A stretch of 64,000 nt of DNA, from positions 15,738,213 to 15,802,212 of the forward strand of contig OZ234493.1 in assembly GCA_965153455.1 (NCBI GenBank), in the 5' to 3' direction. The position numbers were made by a program, and so were the translations under genes. This document shows positions 1 through 10,789 of this stretch, piece after piece (the first letter of the stretch is position 1; each line of letters opens with the position of its first letter). This DNA comes from Sphagnum compactum. Taxonomy: Eukaryota. Below the pieces are notes generated by a model, which did no database searches, was not told the DNA's origin, and was given only the letters and a program-made list of their open reading frames with translations.

Positions 1-79
1 CTTTTTAGGTTTAGGGGCGGTGGCAACTTTTTTTTTCTGCTTCTAACAGCCTACAACCTACACCCTAAATGTAAACCCC

Positions 80-309
80 ATAATATCCATATCCAAGTAG
101 GGATCTGATATCCTACCTGAATATCAAAATTTCAAAATTTTAAAATCATGTCTGAATATTAAATGACCAGATCTCAAGATTAAGAGATCCAAGGATAAGA
201 ATATCATTTCGAATGTCATAATTTTTGGTTCTCAAAAGATTTTATAAGTGATATCCTAGGTGATATTTGATCGGGACATCCGAATTTTCAAGACATCCGC
301 CCAACACTG
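80..309. mobile_element. End of a hAT-like non-autonomous element (terminal repeat CAGTGTTGGGCGGATGTC on the - strand)
   Basis: GACATCCGCCCAACACTG ending at 309 is the reverse complement of the terminus type seen at 34167 (TAGTGTTGGGCAGATATC). It is preceded by ATATCC/GGATAT subterminal motifs. The left boundary is approximate. Confidence 0.5.
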
Positions 310-708
310 GTTTAAACCACCTAAAAGTTCGAGAGAGAAAAAAGAAAAAGAAACAAGACTCATGCAAATGGGTCACATCGTTCATTAAAATTTTCACAAT
401 GGAAAAGTTTTGTTGCTATTTAGTGACTTTTTTGACCTTCATTGTAATGTGAATCATTTAATGCCATTAGTAAAACAACCCTCCGCACTTTGCAGCTGGT
501 ATAGTATTATGTGTAACTTTTAACTAAACAAGCTTATGAGAAAGCCTAGTAAAACTTGGAGATAGTAGCTAACTTGCATACCATGCAATTTGTTACATAT
601 GAATGATGAAATATCCTATGAATCCATGAAGGTTGACAAAGTAATCAATAAATAAAACTTTCAAAAATGTGTTATTTTCTTCTAACTTGCTGTCAAAGAG
701 TCCTCTTA

Positions 709-1092
709 GAGCATCCCCACCGGTGCTCAGTATGTGACCCTGCACATTAACATTGGACGAAAAAAACTCAAACATACGCTGGTTTGGTTCAGGAAACTAG
801 TTTTTCTCCCGCATCTTTAGTCAGTTTGCTGCAGCTGGTAAAAAGCCCAGGAAAGCAAAGCTGTGCACCTGCTAGAGAAGAGTGTAATAAATATGATCTG
901 ACTGCTCATTTCTGTTTTATAATTGGCCAATCATAATGATTGGTCCAGGTGGTTTGCTATTAGTAGTTCCCCACCTATTTGCAGTCCCGGTTTCAGTTTT
1001 ATGTGTGAGGTTGCAAAAAAGTACATAACTGATGAACTTGGATGCGAGAAATATTTGTGCAGGGTCACATACTGAGTGTGGTGGGGATGCTC
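709..1092. mobile_element. PIF/Harbinger (Tourist-like) MITE, 384 bp
   Basis: ~38-bp imperfect TIRs: GAGCATCCCCACCGGTGCTCAGTATGTGACCCTGCACA and TGTGCAGGGTCACATACTGAGTGTGGTGGGGATGCTC. TTA flanks both sides (706-708, 1093-1095). GAGCA termini with a TTA TSD are typical of Harbinger/Tourist elements. Confidence 0.88.
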
Positions 1093-3910
1093 TTATCTGT
1101 GTAAATCTAAGTGGACATAAAATGAAACCGTAGTACCTTGGTGGTTTTCCCACAAATTATGTGATTTTTTTAGAATTGTTAAAATTTTCAAAGAGAATCT
1201 TCAGAGATAATTTTGAAAAGAGAAACCAGGAATCTTTTATTTTTCAGAATGAAATCTTAAAAGTTAATTAACCGTTTGAGGCAGACGTGCGCCAAAGCCG
1301 ATCTCATTTCTGCTATGGTTGCCAAGTTTTGTTGGCGTGTTGTGTACAACTTCATTAAAAGGCACGGCTTTATCCTCATGGCTATTCCCACACACTTAAA
1401 AAATGGTGTGGTTTACTACCATAGTTCGAGGGTAGCTTCAACACATGTCTGCCAAACAATTAATTAATTTTGAAGATTCTCTTTTTGAAGATTACTCCAC
1501 ACTATGGAAAGCTTTTTAATTTCTCTAAGTAGAATAATTTCCCACTTGCAAAATCATTTGTACTGTGCATTGTTTTTGTTTCAATCTTTTGACCGAAAGT
1601 TTTGACATTTTCCTCACTAATCATGGATCGTGGATCATGGTACCATGATTCATCCAAAAAAAGTGTTGAAATTTTCACCCAGAAAAAAATTGTGAGGGAG
1701 AATAGAGAATCATTTGGAATAGTTAAGAATAATTTTTGTTTGTTTTTCAACACAGAATCTTGAGGTGTTAGGATGGAATTTTGTAATTCTTGTGTTCTCA
1801 CCATGTTCCCAATGATGTTCCCCAGGTTCTCAATGGGTTCCCCATGATGTTTCGCAAGTTCGCAATGTGTTCCTCGAGGGTGTTCCCAATAGTAGCTCAC
1901 ATTATCTCATATCCTTTGCCGAATGTTCACCCCCCCTTCTCACCATAATGATTGCTGAGCCAAAGGGGAGTCACTCTATCGTCACATAGAAAGTGCTATT
2001 TTCAGGAGCCTCCCAGCTTTCAGTTTTTTTTTGGTGACGGGCCAATCAAAATGGCCCATTGCAAAAGAAAAAAAAAAAGAGAGAACTCGTGAGTCACCCC
2101 CATTTAATGAATAGGAGACCCGAATATAAGAGGTGAATATTAAAATTGGTATTACCTCAAGTCCCTAGTGTAGGCATGTACTGGTAGCTGGTATTGGGTG
2201 AGGTCAACCACTCTGGTTGGTTCTTTGATACCAGGACAAGTATCAGTTTAGATAACGGCGGTTCCAACTTGGTACCCACCCAACACTAGTCAAGCCCCAA
2301 TCCCCTCATGGGGATGACAGCTTATAAGTAGTCCTCTAGAGAGGGGAGTCTACACATGTTTTAAGTCTCTCTTTCATGTTTTTGTGTGGATTGCTTTTAT
2401 CAGTGGAGAAGTTTTCTCAGGTGAGTACACATTTTGTATAGCTGATTGAATGTGCATCAATGTTCCTCAACCCCTTTTGAATACCTTAGCTATGACCGTT
2501 GTTGTTCAGCACAAAATAACTCGCTCGCAAAAGGTTTAGTTTAGAAGAAGGAACAATTTTTCTACATATTTGTTGAAATTGTTGAAACCCGAATTCTCCA
2601 CTTGTGAAAGATTAGTTATTATCCAAACCAGTGGGTTATTATCAAGCTCAGCAGCTCACCTTAAGGGAGCCCTACTGGAGTCTTCAAGTTTCTGAGTGTA
2701 TTGGATAGTTATAGCGGCTCATTAAGCACAAAATGTTTTAGTCCATGGTCCATTGGATGATCAGTGCAAGACCAAAATTTGCACTGCAAGTACTTTGCGT
2801 TCCTGCTTTCGCTCCTCTAAGGTTTGTCCTTCAGTGTGATCAGTATTGGATACTCTCAGGCAGCAAAGCTTGCACTTATTTATTTCTAATGGTTCACCAT
2901 CGTTTCTTTCCTCTTCCCTTTTTTGCTTGCTTCTAACTCAAAGGCAGGCTGCTAGAGCTCCTACAATGGAAAGAAAGTCCATTCAACATCTCAGCCCTTG
3001 GTGGGAATTTTGCCCGCATCCAATTTTCAATTGTTGTTCACATAACACGTAAATTTTTTAATTTTTTTTTGGTGTTAGGTGAGCAATAGCCGCTTTGTCA
3101 CAAGAGTGATTTATAAGCTAACAGTTCACACTTTGGCCAAGTATTCTACAAAAATACTTCCAAAAGCTAAAAAGATTAAAGGATTTGCCATGAAAATGGG
3201 CGCATTTGCCATTGTAAAATGTTTTGCTTGAATGAATTTGTTGGTGTTAAAAAGGTTAAAAAAAATAAACAAAAAGAATGATAAGAAATAAAGAAGACAA
3301 AGACACTTCCCAACCAGAAAACAAAGTTACCACTAATTATATATATAGTATAAGCGAGCTTTAAAATAACAGGTAACAAATAAACAACAAATAGGCAACA
3401 CAAGGTGTACTTTGCATAGTTCTTAATCATATGTTGAAATTCTGAATGATTCAATTTGAAACTGATTAACCTCAGTTTCTAAAATAAATAAATATTTGAC
3501 AAAACAATGCCGAATATTATTCGTACTTCCATACCCATTTTCCACTTGGTCAACATTCTCCATTAATGTATGTGTCAAAATCTTGTGAGCTTTGGGAAGG
3601 GGGGTTGAAAAAGTGTGAATTTCCACTAGTTTTTCTTAAGAGGTACTCAAATATATTTTCAAGCAGTTTTTTTTTCTAAAAATATTTTCTTCTCAGAATT
3701 CCAATTCAAGTAGATCTACATCAAAAAATTCAAGCTGTCAATGAGGGTTCCATTTCTCTTGCTGCAAAAATTTACATTATGTTGCAGATCCAGCTAGCTG
3801 AGCACAACGTGCTTTGTGTCCCACCAATTCGGTACCAATAATGGTGAGCAATAAGGAACAAATTTGATGATATTTGTACTTGTTGGGATTATTGGGGTGC
3901 AGGTCACTTT

Positions 3911-3962
3911 CTCACTTCTCAGCTTAAGATATACGACTCACTTCTCAGCTTAAGATATACGA
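3911..3962. repeat. Perfect 26-bp tandem duplication upstream of the GDSL gene
   Basis: CTCACTTCTCAGCTTAAGATATACGA x2. Confidence 0.9.
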
Positions 3963-4313
3963 CATCTGGTAGAGGAAAGCTTCACAGATTCATAGGGGTG
4001 AGTGCCACACTCACTTGACACCCATCACTTCCATCATCAACTCTAGACTTTCAACACCCATTCTTTCATTACTGAAGTAGCTTGTATTGCTGATTCTGTC
4101 AACTAAATTTAGTACCACCAAATTAGAGTTGACTTCTGTCACTTTTGATTTGAATCTGTGGATTAGAATTCGATTCTTTCAATTTTCTTCCCACCCAAAA
4201 TTTTCTAGGGATAAATTCATATCTTAGATTCGATTTTGAGCTGCTGTGCTGTGTGAATTATCATGGAAGTTCATTGTTAAAGAGTCTAATCTTCATAATA
4301 ATTTGGCAACAGG

Positions 4314-7300
4314 ATGGCAGTGTTGATCGACATGGCCACCTTCTTCTTCGTCTTGTTGCAGGTATTGTTATTGTTCTCAGCAAGTCATGTGCGAGCTCTC
4401 AAAGATGCTGCACAAACAATTCACAACGATGGTGATGCTCATGTCGGCATCCACCAGCATCTTGATGAGGAGTCTCATATGAAAGCTTCCAGTTTGAGCA
4501 CAGCAGTTTCTGAGAAAAATTTATTGCCCAATTTATTCTTTACATGTCCAGAGGCAATTTTCGTATTTGGTGATTCACTTTCAGATACGGGCAATGTGCA
4601 AATCGCTTTTCCTGGGATTCCCTTAACCACTCTCAATTATCCGTATGGTGAATCCTATAATTTCACTAATGAGCCAGGTCGCAACCGCTATTGTGATGGC
4701 CGTATTGTTCCTGACTTCATAGGTAAAAACATCAAGAATGACAACCCATATGACCTATCCAGAGTTTTTTCTTTCAATTTGTGTCATTTTGAAGGTTTGG
4801 CAATTTTTTTCATTTTTTTAGCAAAATTAGTTGAATTTACACATTTTTTTAAAAAAATTCAAATTTTTCCAAATTCTTTTTTGTCACCAAGCAATGAAAA
4901 TTGTCGAATGTTTGGTCGAGATTTGATCATCAAGGACCAAAATAGATTTCCTACGGCCTCCTTTTGAAAAGAAAAAAATCTTTAGTCCTTTTGTTTTAAA
5001 ACGAAATAACTCATGTCCATAGCAATTAGTTCTTGTTCATTATGTGATTGGCTGACCATTTTTCCATCCAAATATTAGTGAAATGAATACTCAAATACAT
5101 CAAATCCTTTTTTTGTTGGGTCAATTTTGTGATGTAACCAAAGTGGTGATGATCCAATAGGAAGATTTCACCAAATTTGGCTACAAGCAAAATATGAAAG
5201 TGAAAATTTGTAAACATTCTTTCATAATTTTTTTGCTACCTACTTGAACCACATGTGTAGAAATTTAGCAAATTTTCTTAAATTTTGATAGAATTCTGGC
5301 TATTGAAAATCTCAAAAAACCAACTTTATTTTATCACTTTTCATTTTTAATTTCTCGTTTTGGCTATATATATCCAACAAACAAAAAGGCTGAAGTCCAC
5401 ATCCTCTACTAGTTAAAGAACAATGTACAACATTAATTTTCAAGCCAATCCCCCACCCCACCAGGCTGCTGCTAAATTAGTTAGCAGTATTTTTTTCTTC
5501 CATGTTAAACATAATTGCAACCCAATTGCAATGGCTTTAAAGACACACAATATTTCTATGTTTGTTTGTGTAGACTTATCTCAACCTTTAGTCATGTGTC
5601 CAACAAGCAAAAAAACGACTTTTAATGTGCAAGTGATATGTGTTATTGTTGTTGTTGGTTGTGTTGTAGCTCAAGCCTTTGGTTTTCCATTCATTGAACC
5701 CATTTTACTTGAGAATGTCCCGGGATTCCCGATTAATTTCACTCATGGAGTTAACTTTGCATATGCTGGAGCAACCGCTGAACCCAAAACAAACTTCACC
5801 CCTGTCTACCTTGAACTTGAGCTTGAACAATTCTTCACCTACAAGGCAGCACTTTCCAACTCTCCACGTAAGTAAGGAAAAAAACAACGATACTCTTAAA
5901 TACTCTACTTACACTAATAAACTTGCATCACTCAAGAATTGATAAGTTGCAATGTGGTGACTAATTTTTTCATCATTGCAAATGACCTTAAATAACTAAA
6001 ATTGTCATAAGTGTCCAACGTCCACATCCACTTTGACATGTGAGTGTATGGAGAGTGTGTCATTCATCTTATGGTCACTTAGTTTTTGGATTGGGTGGTA
6101 GAAGCTTTGTTTTTCTTTGTCCTAAACAAATATCGTTGTTGTCAAGTATTTACTGCAAAACATTAGTTTTATATTGTTTGTTATTTATTGTTATAACCCA
6201 ATTCCACGTTAACAAGGTTTTGATTTTTTTCATGGTTAAGAGATTTTATCCTGATTTTTGTGTTTCGAAAATACTCACCTTGCTTCAGTTTATGTCAATT
6301 TGTGAGTTTTTCTTAGAAAATTAACATCTAATATGAATACCATTTGTTTGCGTGTTCTCCACCATTTCAGAGTCACCTACACCACTAAGTTTTGTGTCAA
6401 ACGCGGCATACTTGATACTCGAGATAGGAGGAGATGACTTCTTCTATGAATATCTGAAAGGAGTCACACCACAAACTGTTATCCAAAATAATGTGTCCAA
6501 TGCAGTGGCTGCTTTGGTCTCTACTGTGGAGGTAAAAGAAACTTGTTCAACCACTTGCCCAAACAAAATAGAAATCAATTCATCTTTTTTTAAAAATTGA
6601 GGCTAAAGAAAAGTATTGAATTTGTGTTGAGGCTAAAGAAAAGTATTGAATTTGTGTATCTGAATTACGTAAAATATTGTACAATACATATCAGATTCAC
6701 ATAAATCATAACTTGAAGTTTTCTAGTAATTTTATGTTGTTATTGTCATGAACAGTAAAGTTCTATTCAACGCACATAACAATAAGAGAGAATTGTTTTG
6801 CAGACATTGTTTTAGTTTACTTGAAGGTTGGGTTCTGATCATTTTTGTACTTGCACTTTGTTGAAAACCATATATTATTTTTTGTACACTATTTATTTTC
6901 TATGCCAAAAAAATGCTTGGGTTTTGATCCTTGGGTGATGGGTGGGCACTGGGTGTGTGCGGAGGAAAAACTAATGTGTAACCTCTCCAAAAAAAAAACC
7001 TTTGCAGAAACTTATTCAAAGTGGAGCAAAAACAATCATAGTCGGAAACCAACCACCTCAAGGATGCAATCCAGCGATTCTGACGGCATTCTCAGGGATT
7101 CCTGGAATCGCAAAAGACAGCAATGGTTGCTTGATTGAGTACACCCAAGTGGACAGAGAGTTCAACTCACAACTCCAGTTCCAACTCACACTTCTCCAAG
7201 CTGTGCAACCCCTTGGCATAACGATTATCCAGTTTGACTTTTACAGTGCTGTTGTCGAGCTGATTACCAATCCAGCTACATATGGTATTTTCCATTACAT

Positions 7301-7782
7301 ACATATAATATTTCACTCCATACTCTTCTTCTTCAATAATATTATGATTTCGTATCCTCCAAAATCTTCCAACCCAATTTAGAAATTATGATACCAACTT
7401 ATCAACCCTAGAGTTATGATACAAATGGTGGTGTTTTTGGGGGGGTTTTTTTGTTGTGGGAATTTGTTTTGTTGAACAAACAGGTTTCAATTCCAGTACT
7501 CCATTAAAAGTTTGTTGCGGGTTTGGAGGAGAATACAACTACAATCCATTTGTGAACTGCGGGAATAGTGGCTTTGTACCCTTACCTTCAGGAGGCTCAC
7601 AATTTGTGAACATCAGTACCGCACCTAACCCACAGGAGTACATTCAGTGGGATGGGGTCCATTTTACTCAGGCTGCTTACAAAACTATTGCCACCTTCCT
7701 CCTTGAGGGCAGATTTGTCACATCAGCAATACCTGGATTCAATCTCGCACAAGCTTGCAACCTTAACTTTTCTCAATTCTAG
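4314..7782 (+). CDS. GDSL/SGNH esterase-lipase, secreted, 5 exons, ~447 aa
   Basis: Exons 4314-4722, 5670-5867, 6371-6531, 7008-7284 and 7484-7782 all have GT-AG boundaries and join in frame (1344 nt). Hydrophobic signal peptide MAVLIDMATFFFVLLQVLLLFSASHVRA. Block I FVFGDSLSDTGN, then YPYG and RYCDGRIVPDFIA. Block II GVNFAYAGA. Block III EIGGDD. GC/CC cysteines present. Block V WDGVHFTQAAY. The 5-exon layout is typical of plant GDSL genes. Confidence 0.96.
6597..6656. repeat. Perfect 30-bp tandem duplication in GDSL intron 3
   Basis: TTGAGGCTAAAGAAAAGTATTGAATTTGTG x2. Confidence 0.9.
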
Positions 7783-10700
7783 ATTCACTGTTCTTGGTGT
7801 TACAGTTATATAGAATTGAAGGTTCTTATGAGGGTCTGGGTTGAAATTACTTTCCCTTTGTTCTGCAATGCTGGCAGAATTGGAAAAAGAATAAACACTT
7901 TGTGTGATTGAACTTTTGTTGCTTTTATTTGAAATAAATTTCAAGTTTGAGATTCTGTTTTGATTCCAAGCTCAAATTTTGGGAGTAAGAAGTTGGTTGC
8001 TTGTTCGAAACAAATTCCAATTTGGATTTGTTCTATTCATCTTTTTGAATTTGGGAAGCAACTTGGGTTTGAACCAAGTTCAAATCTGGGAGCTGGAAAA
8101 TTCTGTGATGGATTGAACAAGTTGGTCAATTGCTGATGCTATTTTATTTGAATTTTTTTGTGGGGAATTTTTACAAAACTTTTGCCAACTTTTTTTTCTA
8201 TTTGGGTGAAAGATTCAAACATGTTTTCATAATTTCAAGCTAGTGAAGTAGGCCTTAAGGTATGCTATTTCATAATTTAATGCAATGAAGTGATGCCAAA
8301 GATTACCTTTTCCATACAAAGAGCCTTCTCAATTTTGAGGTTCCACAAGCTCTGAACTCCTATCTTTGACTTGGGAATTGAAATGTGCATTGAAGGGTCA
8401 TCTCATATTTGAGTTCAACATCCCTCATACTCTTACCTTTCATCTTGGGGATGTGAAATATGCAAATGCCTTCTATTTCATGTATGTATGTATGTATGTC
8501 CCATAACCTTTGGCATAATGGTGGAGTCATGAGGACCCCATGTCAACCATGAAGTCAATCACTACTTTGATTCCAACTATGCCTTCTCCATATATCTTAT
8601 CAATTGGTCATTGAAGGTGGGCAATGTTTGAAATTGTGCACAAAGCACTCCAAGGTTTTTTTCCTTTGCATTTGAAAGCATCTTCCCCACACAAAAGATG
8701 TTTTCATCAATTGGAGAGACCTTCCACCATTTGCCTACAAACCCAACCCTTTGCCATTCAAATAAAACTAATCCTATTTGGCATAACCATGAAAAGTCAT
8801 CCAATGGTTGAAATTATGCCATTGGATTACTTTAACTATTATAGTATAGTCCATACGTTTTTTAAAATGATTGTAAAATTTGTAACTTTCCTTTCAAGTG
8901 AAGCTATTAATCATGAAATTTAGATTTAAATATTTTTAAAAATTAATTGGTAGAAGTTTTTACATTCAAAATTTATCATAAATAGAAAATTAAATGATCA
9001 TAATTTTTTAAAAAATAAAATCATCATAAAAGTAAAATTTAGAGATTAATTAAATTATCTTTACCTTTAGATGATTTTGGATCCTTTTTTTGAATGATTA
9101 AAGATTATTATAACCTTGGATCAATCCAAAATACTTTTCCCAGCCAAATGTTTCTACTTCATGTGCAATTATGGTTCAATTGCATTTTTAATCTTATGTT
9201 AAGAAATACAAATTGATAGCATATAATTACTAGTAACATGGCATCTTCGGCACAATTTATATATTTTTGGAAATGCTGAAATTTTCAAAAATAAAATTTC
9301 CCCAAGCATGAAAATGAAAAATCTTTTGAAATATTCTGGATTATATTATTTTGGAAATGGATTTTCCAAATTAGTTTTTCATTTGACAAACGCGTGCTAC
9401 CATTGTACTAGTATGGTATGTATGAAGTAAATGAAGTAGGTTGAGGTGGAATTACATTAGAAAAAACTAACTAAAATTAATGCAAATATCACAACATAAA
9501 CCCTAAACCCTAAACCTCATGTATTTTACACCTTTATTATATTGCCTTGTAAATACCTTACCAAGAGTAATCTTCCTCTTAGCCTCCAAAAAAGTACTTC
9601 ACAAATCTATAAGGTAGTTGTAAGTTAGTAGACTCAAATTAGGTTACCATTCCTACCCACCACTGAATTTTGGCATTTGTCAAATACTTAATTATTTTAG
9701 AAAATGAATTTAGGCAATTTCAAATTTAATTTTTCAGAATTTTAATGTACGAGGAACAACTATGCAAAGTACACCTTTTGTGGTTTATTTGCAATAATAA
9801 CCCATTGATGGTTAGACAATAAATAATTTTTCACAAGTTGGAATAGAAATTGGACCAAATAAAGATGAGACTATGCACATTCCGCCTATGATTTTGTACT
9901 AGTTGATAGAACAAATAAAAAATGTTGAAATGGAGAACAAATTAAATTTAGGCAAGCTAAAATTTGTTTCATGCAAGGCAAAACCCACAATAGTGAGATC
10001 CATTTATTAGATGTAACATTTGGCTTGAAGGCCGATTGGGTACCCAAGGGCACCTTTTCGATATTTTTGTTGAATAATTAATTATTTTTGAAGATCCCAT
10101 GTTGAAAAATAGAATAATTTTCCAGAATATTCCCAAAGATTCTTTAATTTCCTACACACAATTTTTTTTTCTTGGAAAAAAACGAATATTTTATTTTAAA
10201 ATTTTAAAATTCAGCATTTCTGAAAATCACTTATGGGAGGCCTATGAGGATGACTTTCCCTTGAAACCAAGTGAAGAATACCAAGCCAAACCAAAGCTTG
10301 GGTGATTATTTTTTAAAGGGCAAGTCGAAGAAATTTTGGGATGAAGTGAACTTGGCAAGTTGCCAATGTGGAGTTGGGGGAAATAGCTGAAGCAGTGTTT
10401 TCTTTTTCATTTTTTTCCATGTTGAAAATTTGGTGAAATTTAACCTGGAAAAAAAAAAAAAAAAAAAAAAGCTTAGTCGAATTTCACTAAAAGAGAAGAA
10501 TTCTAAAATATTCCCAATTTCTTTGTTGAAAAATAGCCAAATTTCACCAGAAAAAGAAAAACACTGAGGCAAAGTGGAGAATAAATAAACAGGCAACTTG
10601 GCAAAATAGCTGAGCAAAAAGCATTACATACAAGAACAAAACCCTAATTTGGAAGGGTACATGGCACCTAAGAAAACAATCCTAACTCCAAGTGCTCTTG

Positions 10701-10789
10701 GGAGCTGCCCAACATGGTAAGTCAAAAGTGGAGAATCACCCAAATTTGGTTGCCACCAACTTCAGGGCAGAGTTTCTCTTAAGGATTTT

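Noticed and set aside
917..1153. Near-identical short ORFs at 917-1153 (-) and 29756-29959 (+) suggesting a small protein family
   Set aside because: Both lie inside copies of the same TIR-bounded MITE. The similarity is at the DNA level and the ORF ends differ.
9498..9516. Plant telomere-like CCCTAAA repeats (also ~20055 and ~57380)
   Set aside because: Only 2-3 units each, which is common in plant intergenic DNA and does not indicate a telomere or fusion site.
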